NCBI GenBank assembly: GCA_050298055.1 | Contig: JBNKTL010000002.1 | Coordinates: 64,001-128,000, forward strand | Direction of reading: 5' to 3' | Source: Spirochaetota bacterium | GTDB lineage: Bacteria; Spirochaetota; UBA4802; UBA5550 | Length of the DNA stretch: 64,000 nucleotides | In this document: positions 37,876-47,840 of the stretch, one piece after another | Layout: each line of letters opens with the position of its first letter | Position numbering within the stretch: position 1 is the first letter of the stretch | Notes under the pieces: model-generated | The model's database searches: none | Told to the model about the DNA's origin: nothing | What the model saw: only the letters and a program-made list of their open reading frames with translations | Program-made: the position numbers and the translations under genes

Positions 37876-39594
37876 TCAATACCATTTATTTTTTTTGCAC
37901 TGCCCGGTGAAGTTTTTTGCAGTTTTGTATAGTTTACCTTTAAATTTCGCGCGCCTGTAGGCCCTGTATGCAAGTTCAAAGTGCCGGCACGCAGTTTTTC
38001 TCTCCTTAATGTTATAGTAGAGGACTCCTGTATTCAGGAGAAGGTTCCCGTAGGATGATGTATTCTGTAATCCGAGTTTCTCCATGAGTTTTCTTGACTG
38101 CTTGTAGTATGAGAGTCCCTTTTCTCTCTGCTTATTTGACCTGTAGGCGGTCCCCAGGTTCATGAGAAGTTTTGCAAAAGACCGCGTTTCGGTAAGCCCC
38201 AGCTCCCTCCAGATCTTCTCCGATTTCCTGAAAAGGGGTACGGCTTTGTCATACTTTTTCTTCCGCGCGTAAACATTGGCAATATTCATGAGAACAGATC
38301 CATACTCACTGGTTTTGTTCAGCCCCAGCCTCTCCAGAAGTTTTTTTACCTGGAGATAGATCTCCAGGGCCTTGTCTAAATTATTCAGGCTGAAAAAACT
38401 TGTGGCAATGTTGTTAAGGACAAGAGTATAATTATTTGTCCGGGTCATCCCCTGCCTGTCTTTTATCTCTTTTGATTTCATATAGAACTCTAACGCTCTC
38501 CTGTACTTCCCCTTATAAGCATAGGCGATTCCGATGTTGTTCATCAGGGCTGAATAGGCGTTTGAATCCGCTATCTTTAAAAGCTCCATGAGGTCCTTTG
38601 ACCTGAAGTAATAATCAAGGGCCTCGTCAATATCCCCGATATAGCTGTACTGCTGTCCGAGATAAGTAAGGAGTATGGAATAGTCCACACTCTCATTCAG
38701 TTTCAGTTTTTCATAGAGTTCCCGGGACCGGTGGTAATAATTCAAAGCCTCCTTATGTTTTCCCTTTTTCGTTGAAACAGTACCGTATATCCTCAGCATA
38801 TAGGCGTACTTCGCGGAATGAACTTCACCCCGTTTTTTCAATACTTTATCTGCTCTTTTGAGGAATCCAAGGGCTTCTGAAAACCTGTCAAGGGTACTTC
38901 CCGATACATAGGCCGCTTTCAGCAGAGCATCCGTGTAATTGCCGTCAATACCGATGGCTTTTCTGAAAAATGTCATGGCCTTATCAGATTCAACATATCT
39001 GGCCTCAAGCCCCCTGCAATACCACTGGTAAGCCGTAAAAGCGGGTTTATATTTTTTTCTTATTCTCCCGATCTCTTCATTTTTAATGTCAACGGGATCA
39101 ACATTTTTAATTTTTATCTTTTTCGATTCTGTCAGTAACGCCAGTACGACCTGATCCTGCAGGAGAAAGATCTCCCTGAGTTTTCCCCGGAGGGAAATTT
39201 TCTTTTTCAATTCCCCGGTTTTGACCTGGATCAGCTTCACATCGACCCTGACGTCTTCACCGGAGACACGGTAATCACCGGAAAAGACAAGATCAGATCC
39301 TGTAAGACTTCCGATTTTAACCATTACCGCCTCTTGTAAAACACCGGTCTGGCCAAGTTCCATCTCCTTCATGGCTTTTTCTCTGTCTTCATCGGATATC
39401 ACATTGATGCCTCTGATGGAATTGAGGTCAGATATAACCGTATCGGATATTCCATGCGCTATCCAGGAGTAGCTGTCGCTGCCCCTGTTCCGAAAGGGAT
39501 TTACAAGTATATTCAGTTTTTTTGCATGGAGAACTTCCGTTCCGGCAATGAGAAAAAGTGCAAGAATAACCAACACCGAAGATTTTTTTTTCAA
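37876..39594 (-). CDS. Secreted protein: TolB-N/CsgG/FlgO-like domain + 42-aa TPR repeats
   Basis: Signal peptide; ILVNPFRN...WIAHGISDTVISDL domain; about 7 regular 42-aa TPRs; TTG start. Confidence 0.82.
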   Translation of the reverse strand: MKKKSSVLVILALFLIAGTEVLHAKKLNILVNPFRNRGSDSYSWIAHGISDTVISDLNSIRGINVISDEDREKAMKEMELGQTGVLQEAVMVKIGSLTGSDLVFSGDYRVSGEDVRVDVKLIQVKTGELKKKISLRGKLREIFLLQDQVVLALLTESKKIKIKNVDPVDIKNEEIGRIRKKYKPAFTAYQWYCRGLEARYVESDKAMTFFRKAIGIDGNYTDALLKAAYVSGSTLDRFSEALGFLKRADKVLKKRGEVHSAKYAYMLRIYGTVSTKKGKHKEALNYYHRSRELYEKLKLNESVDYSILLTYLGQQYSYIGDIDEALDYYFRSKDLMELLKIADSNAYSALMNNIGIAYAYKGKYRRALEFYMKSKEIKDRQGMTRTNNYTLVLNNIATSFFSLNNLDKALEIYLQVKKLLERLGLNKTSEYGSVLMNIANVYARKKKYDKAVPLFRKSEKIWRELGLTETRSFAKLLMNLGTAYRSNKQREKGLSYYKQSRKLMEKLGLQNTSSYGNLLLNTGVLYYNIKERKTACRHFELAYRAYRRAKFKGKLYKTAKNFTGQCKKNKWY

Positions 39595-39780
39595 CGGGTT
39601 TCCTCCCCCTTGTGAGATCTCAAGATCCCTACCCTTTCACCCTTTTCATATTAAATCAAGAGTAATTTACACCGGTCAGGTGATTTTTCTGTTTTTTCCT
39701 CATGAGGAATTGTTATTGACGGATAGGTATTTAGTGACTCTCCTATTACCGGCTTCCAATATTTTCGTCCGGGGTATAAC

Positions 39781-41271
39781 ATGAAAAGCATAAAAAAACT
39801 CCTCCTCCATACATCATTGATGATCATGGCCTTCATGGCCTTTTCAACGGGTCTGTCTGCTGCAAAAAAAGTCAACCTGCTTGTTTACCCTTTTGAGTAC
39901 AAAGGACCAAAAAACTATAACTGGCTGACCCGGGGGTTCACGGAAACAGTTCTTTCCGATCTCATGAAGATAAAGAGTTTTAATGTCTTTTCCGAAGCAG
40001 ACAGAAAAAATGCTGTCCGGGAACTTGAGCTCAGCATGGCAGGAGCCCTGGAGGAGAAAGATATTGCGAAAGTAGGAAGTCTTGTGGGAGCAGATATCAT
40101 ATTCACCGGCAGTCTGCAGGTATCGGGGAAAAGGGTAAGGATATCCGCACGTCTTGTAGACGTGAAAAGCGCTCAGCTTGTTAAATCTCTCAAACTGGAT
40201 GGGGCGGTAAAAAATATACTGGATCTGCAGAACAGGATAATTATCGAACTGCTCCGCGGGAAAAAGAAGATCGATATTGCAGATCTCCCCCCCCTGGTTA
40301 TATCCGAAAAAGAAGAGAGAAGCTTACGTAATAAACCGGCAAGGAAGTTCACTGCATACCAGTACTACTCCCTGGGGCTTGAAAACCGGATAACAGACAG
40401 AGTGAAAGCCCTTGAGAATTTCAAAAAAGCCTTCGGGCTGGATCCCCATTACTTTGAAGCCTACCTTGAAGCAAGCCAGACCGCGGGACGGCTCTCGGAA
40501 GAGTATAAAAAAAAGAAAAAAGAGTACACAAAGCTTGAAGAGAATTATCTGGAGGAGGCGGGGGAAATACTCAAAAAAATTAAAAAATGCGAATACAAAT
40601 ACGCATATATCATTATGATGAAGGGAATTGCTCTGGGGAAGCAGCACAGGATAGAGAGAGCACGGAAACTTCTCTTCAAGGCCGGGGAAATATTGAAATG
40701 CCTCGGACAGGAGAGAACAACTAACTATGCCGCTCTTATGCTGAACCTGGGCAACACCTATTTCATGAAGAATAACTATAAAAAAAGCCTCACCTTCTAT
40801 AACAGGTCGAAGGCAATATACAACGAGCTCGGCCTTGAGGAATCCATAGGCTATACCGACACAATGGTAAATATCGGGAATGTTTACTCTGACCGAAAAC
40901 AATACCGAAAGGGACTTGAGTTTTACCGGGAAGCCCACAGGATCATACGCATGCTCCGGAAAAGAAACCCGGAACTCTATGATTCAAGCTATGTGAACAT
41001 CGGAACCATCTACAGGATGATGGACAACTATCCCGAAGCCCTGAAAAATTACAGGAAAGCCGAGGAGATGATCCGGGAGCTTGACAGGGAAGATACCTAT
41101 AAACACGCAACACTTCTGATCAACTTTGCGGCATATCACGAAGAGACGGGGAACAGAAAAAAAGCCGCGAGGATGTACAGAAAGGCATATGCCATTTACA
41201 CGGAACTGGGTTACAGGGGCCCCTTAAAAAAACTTGCCCGGGAGAGAGCGCGGATGAACGAAAGACGGTGA
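39781..41271 (+). CDS. Secreted protein: TolB-N/CsgG/FlgO-like domain + TPR repeats (paralogue of the divergent gene)
   Basis: LLVYPFEY...WLTRGFTETVLSDL; shared FTAYQ.Y..GLE motif; TPRs. Confidence 0.82.
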   Translation: MKSIKKLLLHTSLMIMAFMAFSTGLSAAKKVNLLVYPFEYKGPKNYNWLTRGFTETVLSDLMKIKSFNVFSEADRKNAVRELELSMAGALEEKDIAKVGSLVGADIIFTGSLQVSGKRVRISARLVDVKSAQLVKSLKLDGAVKNILDLQNRIIIELLRGKKKIDIADLPPLVISEKEERSLRNKPARKFTAYQYYSLGLENRITDRVKALENFKKAFGLDPHYFEAYLEASQTAGRLSEEYKKKKKEYTKLEENYLEEAGEILKKIKKCEYKYAYIIMMKGIALGKQHRIERARKLLFKAGEILKCLGQERTTNYAALMLNLGNTYFMKNNYKKSLTFYNRSKAIYNELGLEESIGYTDTMVNIGNVYSDRKQYRKGLEFYREAHRIIRMLRKRNPELYDSSYVNIGTIYRMMDNYPEALKNYRKAEEMIRELDREDTYKHATLLINFAAYHEETGNRKKAARMYRKAYAIYTELGYRGPLKKLARERARMNERR

Positions 41272-41310
41272 CAAAGCAACCCGGGATAAAGATCTCGGTG
41301 AGCAGATGAT

Positions 41311-42222
41311 CTAAGAGCTTCCCTTTTTCAGAGAATACCGGTTGACCAGTATTATTGAGACAACAATAAAGAACATCCCTGCCACAGGGAGGAGTTCGGG
41401 ATTTTCCCCGGGCAGTATCAGCCAGCTGAGACCCGCGCCACTTATGGGAATAATAAACTTCCAGATATTTAATTCGGAAACCTTGACCCCCGGCGTTGAG
41501 AGGAGAACAAACCAGATTGAAAATGCCGTGGCCGAAATAAACACAAGCCACGCGAGAGCAAAATAAAAATTCTGACTATGTATTAAAACCGGCCTCCCTT
41601 CAAAAATAATCGAAAGAACAAACAGGAGAAACCCGCCGATAAAAATCTGGGCCGCGTTAAGAACCAGAGGGTTTACCTTTTTGTCCTTTGCCACAATAAT
41701 ATTTCCCATTGCCGAAGAGACTGAACCCACAAGGAGAAACAGCATCCCCGCAAACTCCTTCAACCCGTGTCCTGTCCACGGTTTCCTGCTTATACTCAGT
41801 ATGACCACACCGATAATACCGATGGAAAGGAAGAGTGTCTTTCTGAGGTCCATCTCGTCATCGTCCATTGCATAGTGTGAAGTGATTGCTGTAATCAGCG
41901 GTGCCGAACCAATGAGTATGGCCGCCAGGGCACCGGATATGAATGTCATGGTATAGAAAAAAATGCCGTAAAGCACGAATGTCTGCAGAAAGCCCAGGAT
42001 CAGTATCAGCCTTATATTTGAGGAAACTGTTTTAATAAAGGAAAATAAATTTCCGCAGAACGGGAGAAGCACCAGTCCCGAAAGCATGAACCTGAGCCCT
42101 GAGAAATAAAAGGGGTTCGAGTATTTCAAACCGATTTTTACCGCAACAAAGGCTGTTGACCAGAGAAAACATGCCGCTATTGCCAGGGACGTTATCTTAA
42201 TAAACGACTTTTGCTTCATCAC
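41311..42222 (-). CDS. DMT/EamA-family transporter
   Basis: About 10 TM helices; LWSTAFVAVKIGL...GLRF motif. Confidence 0.9.
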   Translation of the reverse strand: MMKQKSFIKITSLAIAACFLWSTAFVAVKIGLKYSNPFYFSGLRFMLSGLVLLPFCGNLFSFIKTVSSNIRLILILGFLQTFVLYGIFFYTMTFISGALAAILIGSAPLITAITSHYAMDDDEMDLRKTLFLSIGIIGVVILSISRKPWTGHGLKEFAGMLFLLVGSVSSAMGNIIVAKDKKVNPLVLNAAQIFIGGFLLFVLSIIFEGRPVLIHSQNFYFALAWLVFISATAFSIWFVLLSTPGVKVSELNIWKFIIPISGAGLSWLILPGENPELLPVAGMFFIVVSIILVNRYSLKKGSS

Positions 42223-42728
42223 TTAAAAAGAAATTTTCTTAAAATTGCATCACCGGGAAGCACCTTGTGGGCCGTGAGATCAAAGAGATGCCGGCTGTAT
42301 TTCATCTCTTCCAGGTAGTCATCGATAAGCTTTTTTATCTCGTTCCTGTAGAGCTTTCTGAAGGCAATGCCGTCGGTCAGTTCCAGCGTGAAACCAAAAA
42401 AGATGAAAAGGATAAGCCCGGTAATTGCCGAGAGAACGATGGGTTTAATGGCAGTAAGGAAGAGACTTGAATAGAAAAAGTATGAAGCAACTGCCATGAC
42501 AGCCAGCAGGAAAAAGACGACACCCTGTATCCAGGACTTGCCCTCAACGGCTTTGAACTTTCCTTCCACTGCCCCGATAAATGCTTCGAGGTTCTCACTC
42601 TCCTTTTCTGATAGGTCAGAGGATTTGATGACCGGGGTGTTGCAGTATCTGCACACTGCATCAGAATGGCCAATTGAGGCACCGCAATTACCGCAGTTTA
42701 CTTCACTCTCTTTTTTCCCGATTTTCAC
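42219..42728 (-). CDS. Zinc-ribbon, two-TM membrane protein
   Basis: CGNCGA...CRYC; two TM helices. GTG start at 42728 suggested. Confidence 0.7.
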   Translation of the reverse strand: MKIGKKESEVNCGNCGASIGHSDAVCRYCNTPVIKSSDLSEKESENLEAFIGAVEGKFKAVEGKSWIQGVVFFLLAVMAVASYFFYSSLFLTAIKPIVLSAITGLILFIFFGFTLELTDGIAFRKLYRNEIKKLIDDYLEEMKYSRHLFDLTAHKVLPGDAILRKFLFK

Positions 42729-42912
42729 AGCTCTTATCCTGCTCCTAACCTGTTTCCCTGCAGGCAGAAAATACACGGTAATATTATTTTGTCAAGTACC
42801 TGGTGAATCCTGGAACAATTTAATCGTATTAAAATATTTTTTTTAGTCATTAAAAAATATTTGATTTTATTCATTATTACTGTGAGGTTATGGATAAAAA
42901 AGAGAAAACACC

Positions 42913-43755
42913 ATGAAAATTACAACCCTTATTGAAAATACCCTGGCTGATAAATTACTGAAAGCGCAGCATGGTATCAGCCTCTTCATTGAATATAACG
43001 GCAATAATATTCTCTTCGATACCGGCTCAAGCGATCTCTTCCTGAGAAACAGTCAAAAAATCAACATCAGCCTCTCAACCGTTGATTCTGTTATCATATC
43101 CCATGCTCATTACGATCACGGAGGAGGCCTAAAAGCTTTTTTTTCAATCAACAGCAGAGCGCAGATTTTTGTCTCAAAATATGCTGAAACTGCATGTTAT
43201 GCGAAGGCGGCCCCGATGCTCTACAAGTATATAGGTCTGGAAAAAGGCATCCTGAAAAAATATGAAGACCGGGTAACCTATATTGAAGAAAAGATAAGCC
43301 CCGTTCAGGGAATTACACTTCTGAAAAACAGCTGTGACACCTACCCCCGGCCTGCGGGGAACCGAAGGCTTTTCCTGAAGAAAGAGGGAAAGAACTTCCC
43401 CGATACCTTCAACCACGAACTGATCACTGTTTTTGAAAATCGTGACGGGACCATAACACTTCTGACCGGCTGTTCACACAACGGCATTCTCAATATGATA
43501 ACCTCCGCAGAAGAGGCCTTCCCCGGGAAAAAAATAAGAAGCATAATCGGCGGCTTTCACCTCATGAACCCCATTACCAAAAATCTCTCTGAGAAAAGAG
43601 AAAATGTGGAAGAGATAGCTGATTTTATCGCTGCAAGGAACATCGAAAAAATCTATACCGGCCACTGTACCGGGGAGAGAGCCTTTGATATCATGAAATC
43701 CAGGCTGGGAGAGCATCTCGATAAATTTCAAACGGGAACTGTTATTGAATTATAA
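42913..43755 (+). CDS. MBL-fold metallo-hydrolase
   Basis: HGISL, LFDTG, SHAHYDHGGG, GCSHNG, GGFHL and GHCTG. Confidence 0.9.
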   Translation: MKITTLIENTLADKLLKAQHGISLFIEYNGNNILFDTGSSDLFLRNSQKINISLSTVDSVIISHAHYDHGGGLKAFFSINSRAQIFVSKYAETACYAKAAPMLYKYIGLEKGILKKYEDRVTYIEEKISPVQGITLLKNSCDTYPRPAGNRRLFLKKEGKNFPDTFNHELITVFENRDGTITLLTGCSHNGILNMITSAEEAFPGKKIRSIIGGFHLMNPITKNLSEKRENVEEIADFIAARNIEKIYTGHCTGERAFDIMKSRLGEHLDKFQTGTVIEL

Positions 43756-43763
43756 CATCTATT

Positions 43764-43901
43764 CTAACTACTCAGCTATGTTTAAAAATAATCATTAATC
43801 AAAAAATAAAACTGATATGTCACCGCCGCCGAAGGCGGCTATGACATATTGCTGGTATTTTAGTAAATAGGTTAATAATAGCAATATTGCCGAGTAGTTA
43901 C
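43764..43901 (+). mobile_element. MITE-like element, copy 5 (perfect 8-bp target duplication)
   Basis: Ends CTAACTACTCAGC...GCCGAGTAGTTAC; CATCTATT at 43756-43763 and 43902-43909; hairpin ATATGTCACCGCCGCC-GAA-GGCGGCTATGACATAT. Confidence 0.9.
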
Positions 43902-43904
43902 CAT

Positions 43905-44789
43905 CTATTTCTTTTTTGGCTCTTTATTAAAATTGTTTATAAGGGCGGTGAAACGCTTACCCAGCCCGTTTATTTCATTTCCTTTTGCAGTCAGATCCAT
44001 AAGAATTTTATGGGATGTCATTCCGGGGCCCGCCCAGAACCCGCCCTTTTCCCCTGCCTCCCTCCTGAAATCTTCCGCAATACCGGTCATCTCTCTGTTT
44101 TTTACTTTTATCTGTTTCATGAGATCTTCCATCTGAACAAGGAGTCCCCTCTTTTCATTTATTACTTTTTTATTGTATCCCTTTGCTTCAAGATCCCTGA
44201 GATTTGCATAAGCATTTTTAATGTTTTTTCCCGAATCCGACAAAATCTTTAAAACCTGTTTATTAAACTGGTCTATCTTTCCGCTGATTTTTGCGCTGTT
44301 TATCTTTGTTATCTTATATTTTTCTGCAGTGGATGCAAATGCTTTCGATGCTGCGCTGTATTCCCCGGATTCTTTTACGAACATTTTAACATCATTTTCA
44401 AACCTTTTGTTCAGGTCATGGTACTTCTTCCACGCAGGATTGTTGGACTGAATCTTTTTCCTTGGGCCTGCAATTCTGTTAAATTCCTTTTTCTGTCCAT
44501 GAAAGACGGCCCTTCTCCCTTTCATTTTATCCAGGGCCTTTTTCATATTATCCAGATGATTTTGAAGAAGCGGATAAGGCTGATTTTTCCTGTCAACATA
44601 GGGGACAATGGAGCCGTAGACCTCCTTCTTGCTGTTATAATCACCGGCAGCTTTTTTAATACTGATGTTTGATTGCTTAATAACCTTATTAAATCTGCCC
44701 CTTATATCAGAAGATTTATAATAGCGAACACACCCGTTCGGTCCGGCTATCAAGAGAACGAAGAAAGCAAGTATCAATTTTCTGTTCAT
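43905..44789 (-). CDS. Coiled-coil putative lipoprotein, function unknown
   Basis: MNRKLILAFFVLLIAGPNGC lipoprotein-like signal; GAGGAGG RBS; Lys-rich helical body. Confidence 0.7.
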   Translation of the reverse strand: MNRKLILAFFVLLIAGPNGCVRYYKSSDIRGRFNKVIKQSNISIKKAAGDYNSKKEVYGSIVPYVDRKNQPYPLLQNHLDNMKKALDKMKGRRAVFHGQKKEFNRIAGPRKKIQSNNPAWKKYHDLNKRFENDVKMFVKESGEYSAASKAFASTAEKYKITKINSAKISGKIDQFNKQVLKILSDSGKNIKNAYANLRDLEAKGYNKKVINEKRGLLVQMEDLMKQIKVKNREMTGIAEDFRREAGEKGGFWAGPGMTSHKILMDLTAKGNEINGLGKRFTALINNFNKEPKKK

Positions 44790-44882
44790 TTCTGCCTCCT
44801 CATGTTGACACCTGTTACAAAGTCGTTTTCTGATTGTAGTGAAAAAACAGAACGTTGTCAACTGAATAGATCAACCTCATAA

Positions 44883-45254
<372 letters not shown>

Positions 45255-45264
45255 TAAATCCGGA

Positions 45265-45293
45265 TCTCTGTCAATGATATTCATTGACAGAGA
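45265..45293. promoter_or_regulatory. Perfect 13-bp inverted repeat containing TTGACA on both strands
   Basis: TCTCTGTCAATGA-TAT-TCATTGACAGAGA between the DUF6122 and HAD genes. Confidence 0.6.
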
Positions 45294-45332
45294 AGTGTAT
45301 TAAAGATTAATAAAAGCAAACAGGAGATAACT

Positions 45333-46019
45333 ATCAAAGCTGTACTTTTCGACATAGACGGAACAATTCTCAACTGCCGCGGTGCCGGGAAAAGCTCATT
45401 CCTTCAGGCTACACAGGAGGTCTACGGATCATCCGGAAATATGGAGAATATAAGCTTCCAGGGCAAAACAGATCAACTTATCCTGAGGGAATCTCTTCTC
45501 AGTGAAGGTTTCACTCTGGAAGAGATAGAGCTGAATCTTGAGATCTTTAAGGAGAGGTATTTCAGTATACTGGAAAATCTCATAAGCAGGGAAACCGTTC
45601 TCATATTACCCGGTGTTAAAGAAGTCATAGAAAAGTTAAATGAAAAGAGTGACATTATTCTCGGTCTTCTCACCGGGAACTTCAGGAAGAGTGCAGAGAT
45701 CAAGCTCCAGTCACACTCTCTTTACGGGAACTTCAGGTTTGGCGTTTACGGTTCGGATACCTGGGACAGGAACATGATGCCTGCAATTGCCCGTCGAAGG
45801 CTGCTGGACACTTTCTCCCTGGATATTGACTTCAGCAGGATGGTTATTATCGGCGATACGGTCCATGATATTGCCTGCTCCAAAAACTCGGGGAGTATTT
45901 CAATTTCAGTGGGAACTGGCTGGACAGAGAAGGAAGTCCTCCTGGAAGAAGAACCTGATTATTTCTTCGATGATATGGGAGATGTGGAGAATATCCTTAA
46001 TACCATAATCAACTGTTGA
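45333..46019 (+). CDS. HAD-superfamily hydrolase (phosphoglycolate-phosphatase-like) with apparent non-AUG start
   Basis: Motif I (IKAVLFDIDGTIL) lies in frame upstream of the ORF-track ATG at 45441; also LLTGN and IIGDTVHDI. AGGAG RBS 6 nt before ATC at 45333. Confidence 0.85.
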   Translation: MKAVLFDIDGTILNCRGAGKSSFLQATQEVYGSSGNMENISFQGKTDQLILRESLLSEGFTLEEIELNLEIFKERYFSILENLISRETVLILPGVKEVIEKLNEKSDIILGLLTGNFRKSAEIKLQSHSLYGNFRFGVYGSDTWDRNMMPAIARRRLLDTFSLDIDFSRMVIIGDTVHDIACSKNSGSISISVGTGWTEKEVLLEEEPDYFFDDMGDVENILNTIINC

Positions 46020-46031
46020 ATCTTTCTGTCT

Positions 46032-47609
46032 TCATCTCTTTTTTCTGCGCAACCTTTTGTAAAGATAGACAGCCTCATCTGCTTTCATCAACAGGCTGGC
46101 AGCCAAATAGCTTATCCCGCCCCCTGCAACCATGAGAACAAGAACACCTGCTTTAACCGGCAGTGAGCTCCCCCCCCAGTCCGCAGTGATTGCAATACTC
46201 CTCACCGCATAAGCCATTACCATTCCCGAAACAAGAAATTTAAAGAAGGATCTGAGTACCGGGAAAAGCCTGATACCTCCGGCAAGTCTGTTCAGCCATA
46301 TGAGGAGAAGGAACATCTGTGCGGTTGCCGCCAGGGAACCTGCAAGTGCCAGGCCCGCATGTTTCAGTGAGGTCTGCATAAGGAAAGCACCCGATACAAC
46401 ATAGACCAAAAGTGCCGCTGCTGCGGAGAGTGCGGGTTTCTTCGATTCCTTGAGTGAAAAAAAAGCCGGAATGGTAATCCTGTTTACAGATATGGCCGAT
46501 ATCCCAATACTGGCGTAAAAAAGAGCCTTTGCAGTCAACTTTGCTTCTGTATGAGCAAATTCGCCCCGCATGAAGAGTACCGATATTATGGGAAAACCTA
46601 TTGTCATGAGCGCAAGAGATGCCGGTACCGCCAGGTAGAGTGCTGATTTCAGCGAACGCGTATAGAGTTCCCTGAACCTCTCCATATTATCAGACGCAGT
46701 CAACCGGGACATCTCGGGAAGGATCACATTGCCGATGGATATAATAAATACACCCAGTACAATCTCGGTCAGCCTGTCTGCATAGTAGAGATAGGAAATA
46801 CTTCCCGAATCCAGCGTTGAGGCCATTACTGTTCCTATGAGTATGTTTATCTGTATTATTCCGTTGGCGAAAAAAGCCGGCGCCAGCAGCCTGTAGATCT
46901 TTTTAAGCTGGGGGTGGCTGAAATTAATACTTACCTTCAGCCTGAAGCCGGACTTAACCAGATAAGGGATCTGAAGAATTAATTGGAATAATCCGCCAAA
47001 GAGAACACCTGCCGAAACCCCGTAGAGCGGCTCATCAAAAAAACGGCTGAAAACCAGGATCCCGGATATCATTCCCACATTGAGAAGCACAGGGGAAAAG
47101 GCAGGTGCGAAGAAATAGCCGTGAGAATTGAGGATTCCCATGGAGAATGCCACAAATCCCACAAAAAAAAGATAGGGAAACATGACCCTGTTCAGGTCCA
47201 CGGCAAGACCAAAGGATTCACTTCCCCTGAAACCGTAACCAATGACGCCGATAATTTCAGGTGAAAATATTATTCCCAGGTATATAAGCGCGGCAATAAC
47301 CAGCATCTGCAGAGTCAATGCCCGTGAAGCAAGATCCCCGGCTTCCTTCTCACCGTCATTCATAAGCACTTCGGTGTAAACCGGGATAAAGGATATTGTG
47401 AGTGTCCCCTCGGCAACAAACCTTCTCAGCATATTGGGGATCCTGAACGCAACAAAAAACGCATCTGTGGCCCCACTTGCACCGAAGACCGCAGCCATAA
47501 GCATGTCCCGGATAAAACCGAGTACCCTGCTGGCAAGTGTTGATGCGGCAACAACACCTGTTGACCTGACCACACTGGATGATTTCTTAATTCCCGTTGA
47601 CTTATCCAT
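46032..47609 (-). CDS. murJ: Lipid II flippase MurJ (MviN)
   Basis: SRVLGFIRD, DAFFVAFRIPNMLRRFVAEG and YYADRL; many TM helices. Confidence 0.95.
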   Translation of the reverse strand: MDKSTGIKKSSSVVRSTGVVAASTLASRVLGFIRDMLMAAVFGASGATDAFFVAFRIPNMLRRFVAEGTLTISFIPVYTEVLMNDGEKEAGDLASRALTLQMLVIAALIYLGIIFSPEIIGVIGYGFRGSESFGLAVDLNRVMFPYLFFVGFVAFSMGILNSHGYFFAPAFSPVLLNVGMISGILVFSRFFDEPLYGVSAGVLFGGLFQLILQIPYLVKSGFRLKVSINFSHPQLKKIYRLLAPAFFANGIIQINILIGTVMASTLDSGSISYLYYADRLTEIVLGVFIISIGNVILPEMSRLTASDNMERFRELYTRSLKSALYLAVPASLALMTIGFPIISVLFMRGEFAHTEAKLTAKALFYASIGISAISVNRITIPAFFSLKESKKPALSAAAALLVYVVSGAFLMQTSLKHAGLALAGSLAATAQMFLLLIWLNRLAGGIRLFPVLRSFFKFLVSGMVMAYAVRSIAITADWGGSSLPVKAGVLVLMVAGGGISYLAASLLMKADEAVYLYKRLRRKKR

Positions 47610-47840
47610 TTAAGCTCATTCCTGTTAAAAACCTGAAATGTCCCGTTCACAACACTATTTCCCGGCATCCTGTAGTCAAACAATTATTCAATTACAACCC
47701 TGTGCTGTTTACGGTAAATATTAATCTAATATATCTTGACAAATGGCACCATTAACGGGAAACTTCAAAATCACGGTTTTCCGGTATATATTGCTCTCAT
47801 GCAGAGAATCCTCAAAAAATCTGGTACTATTTAATTAAAT

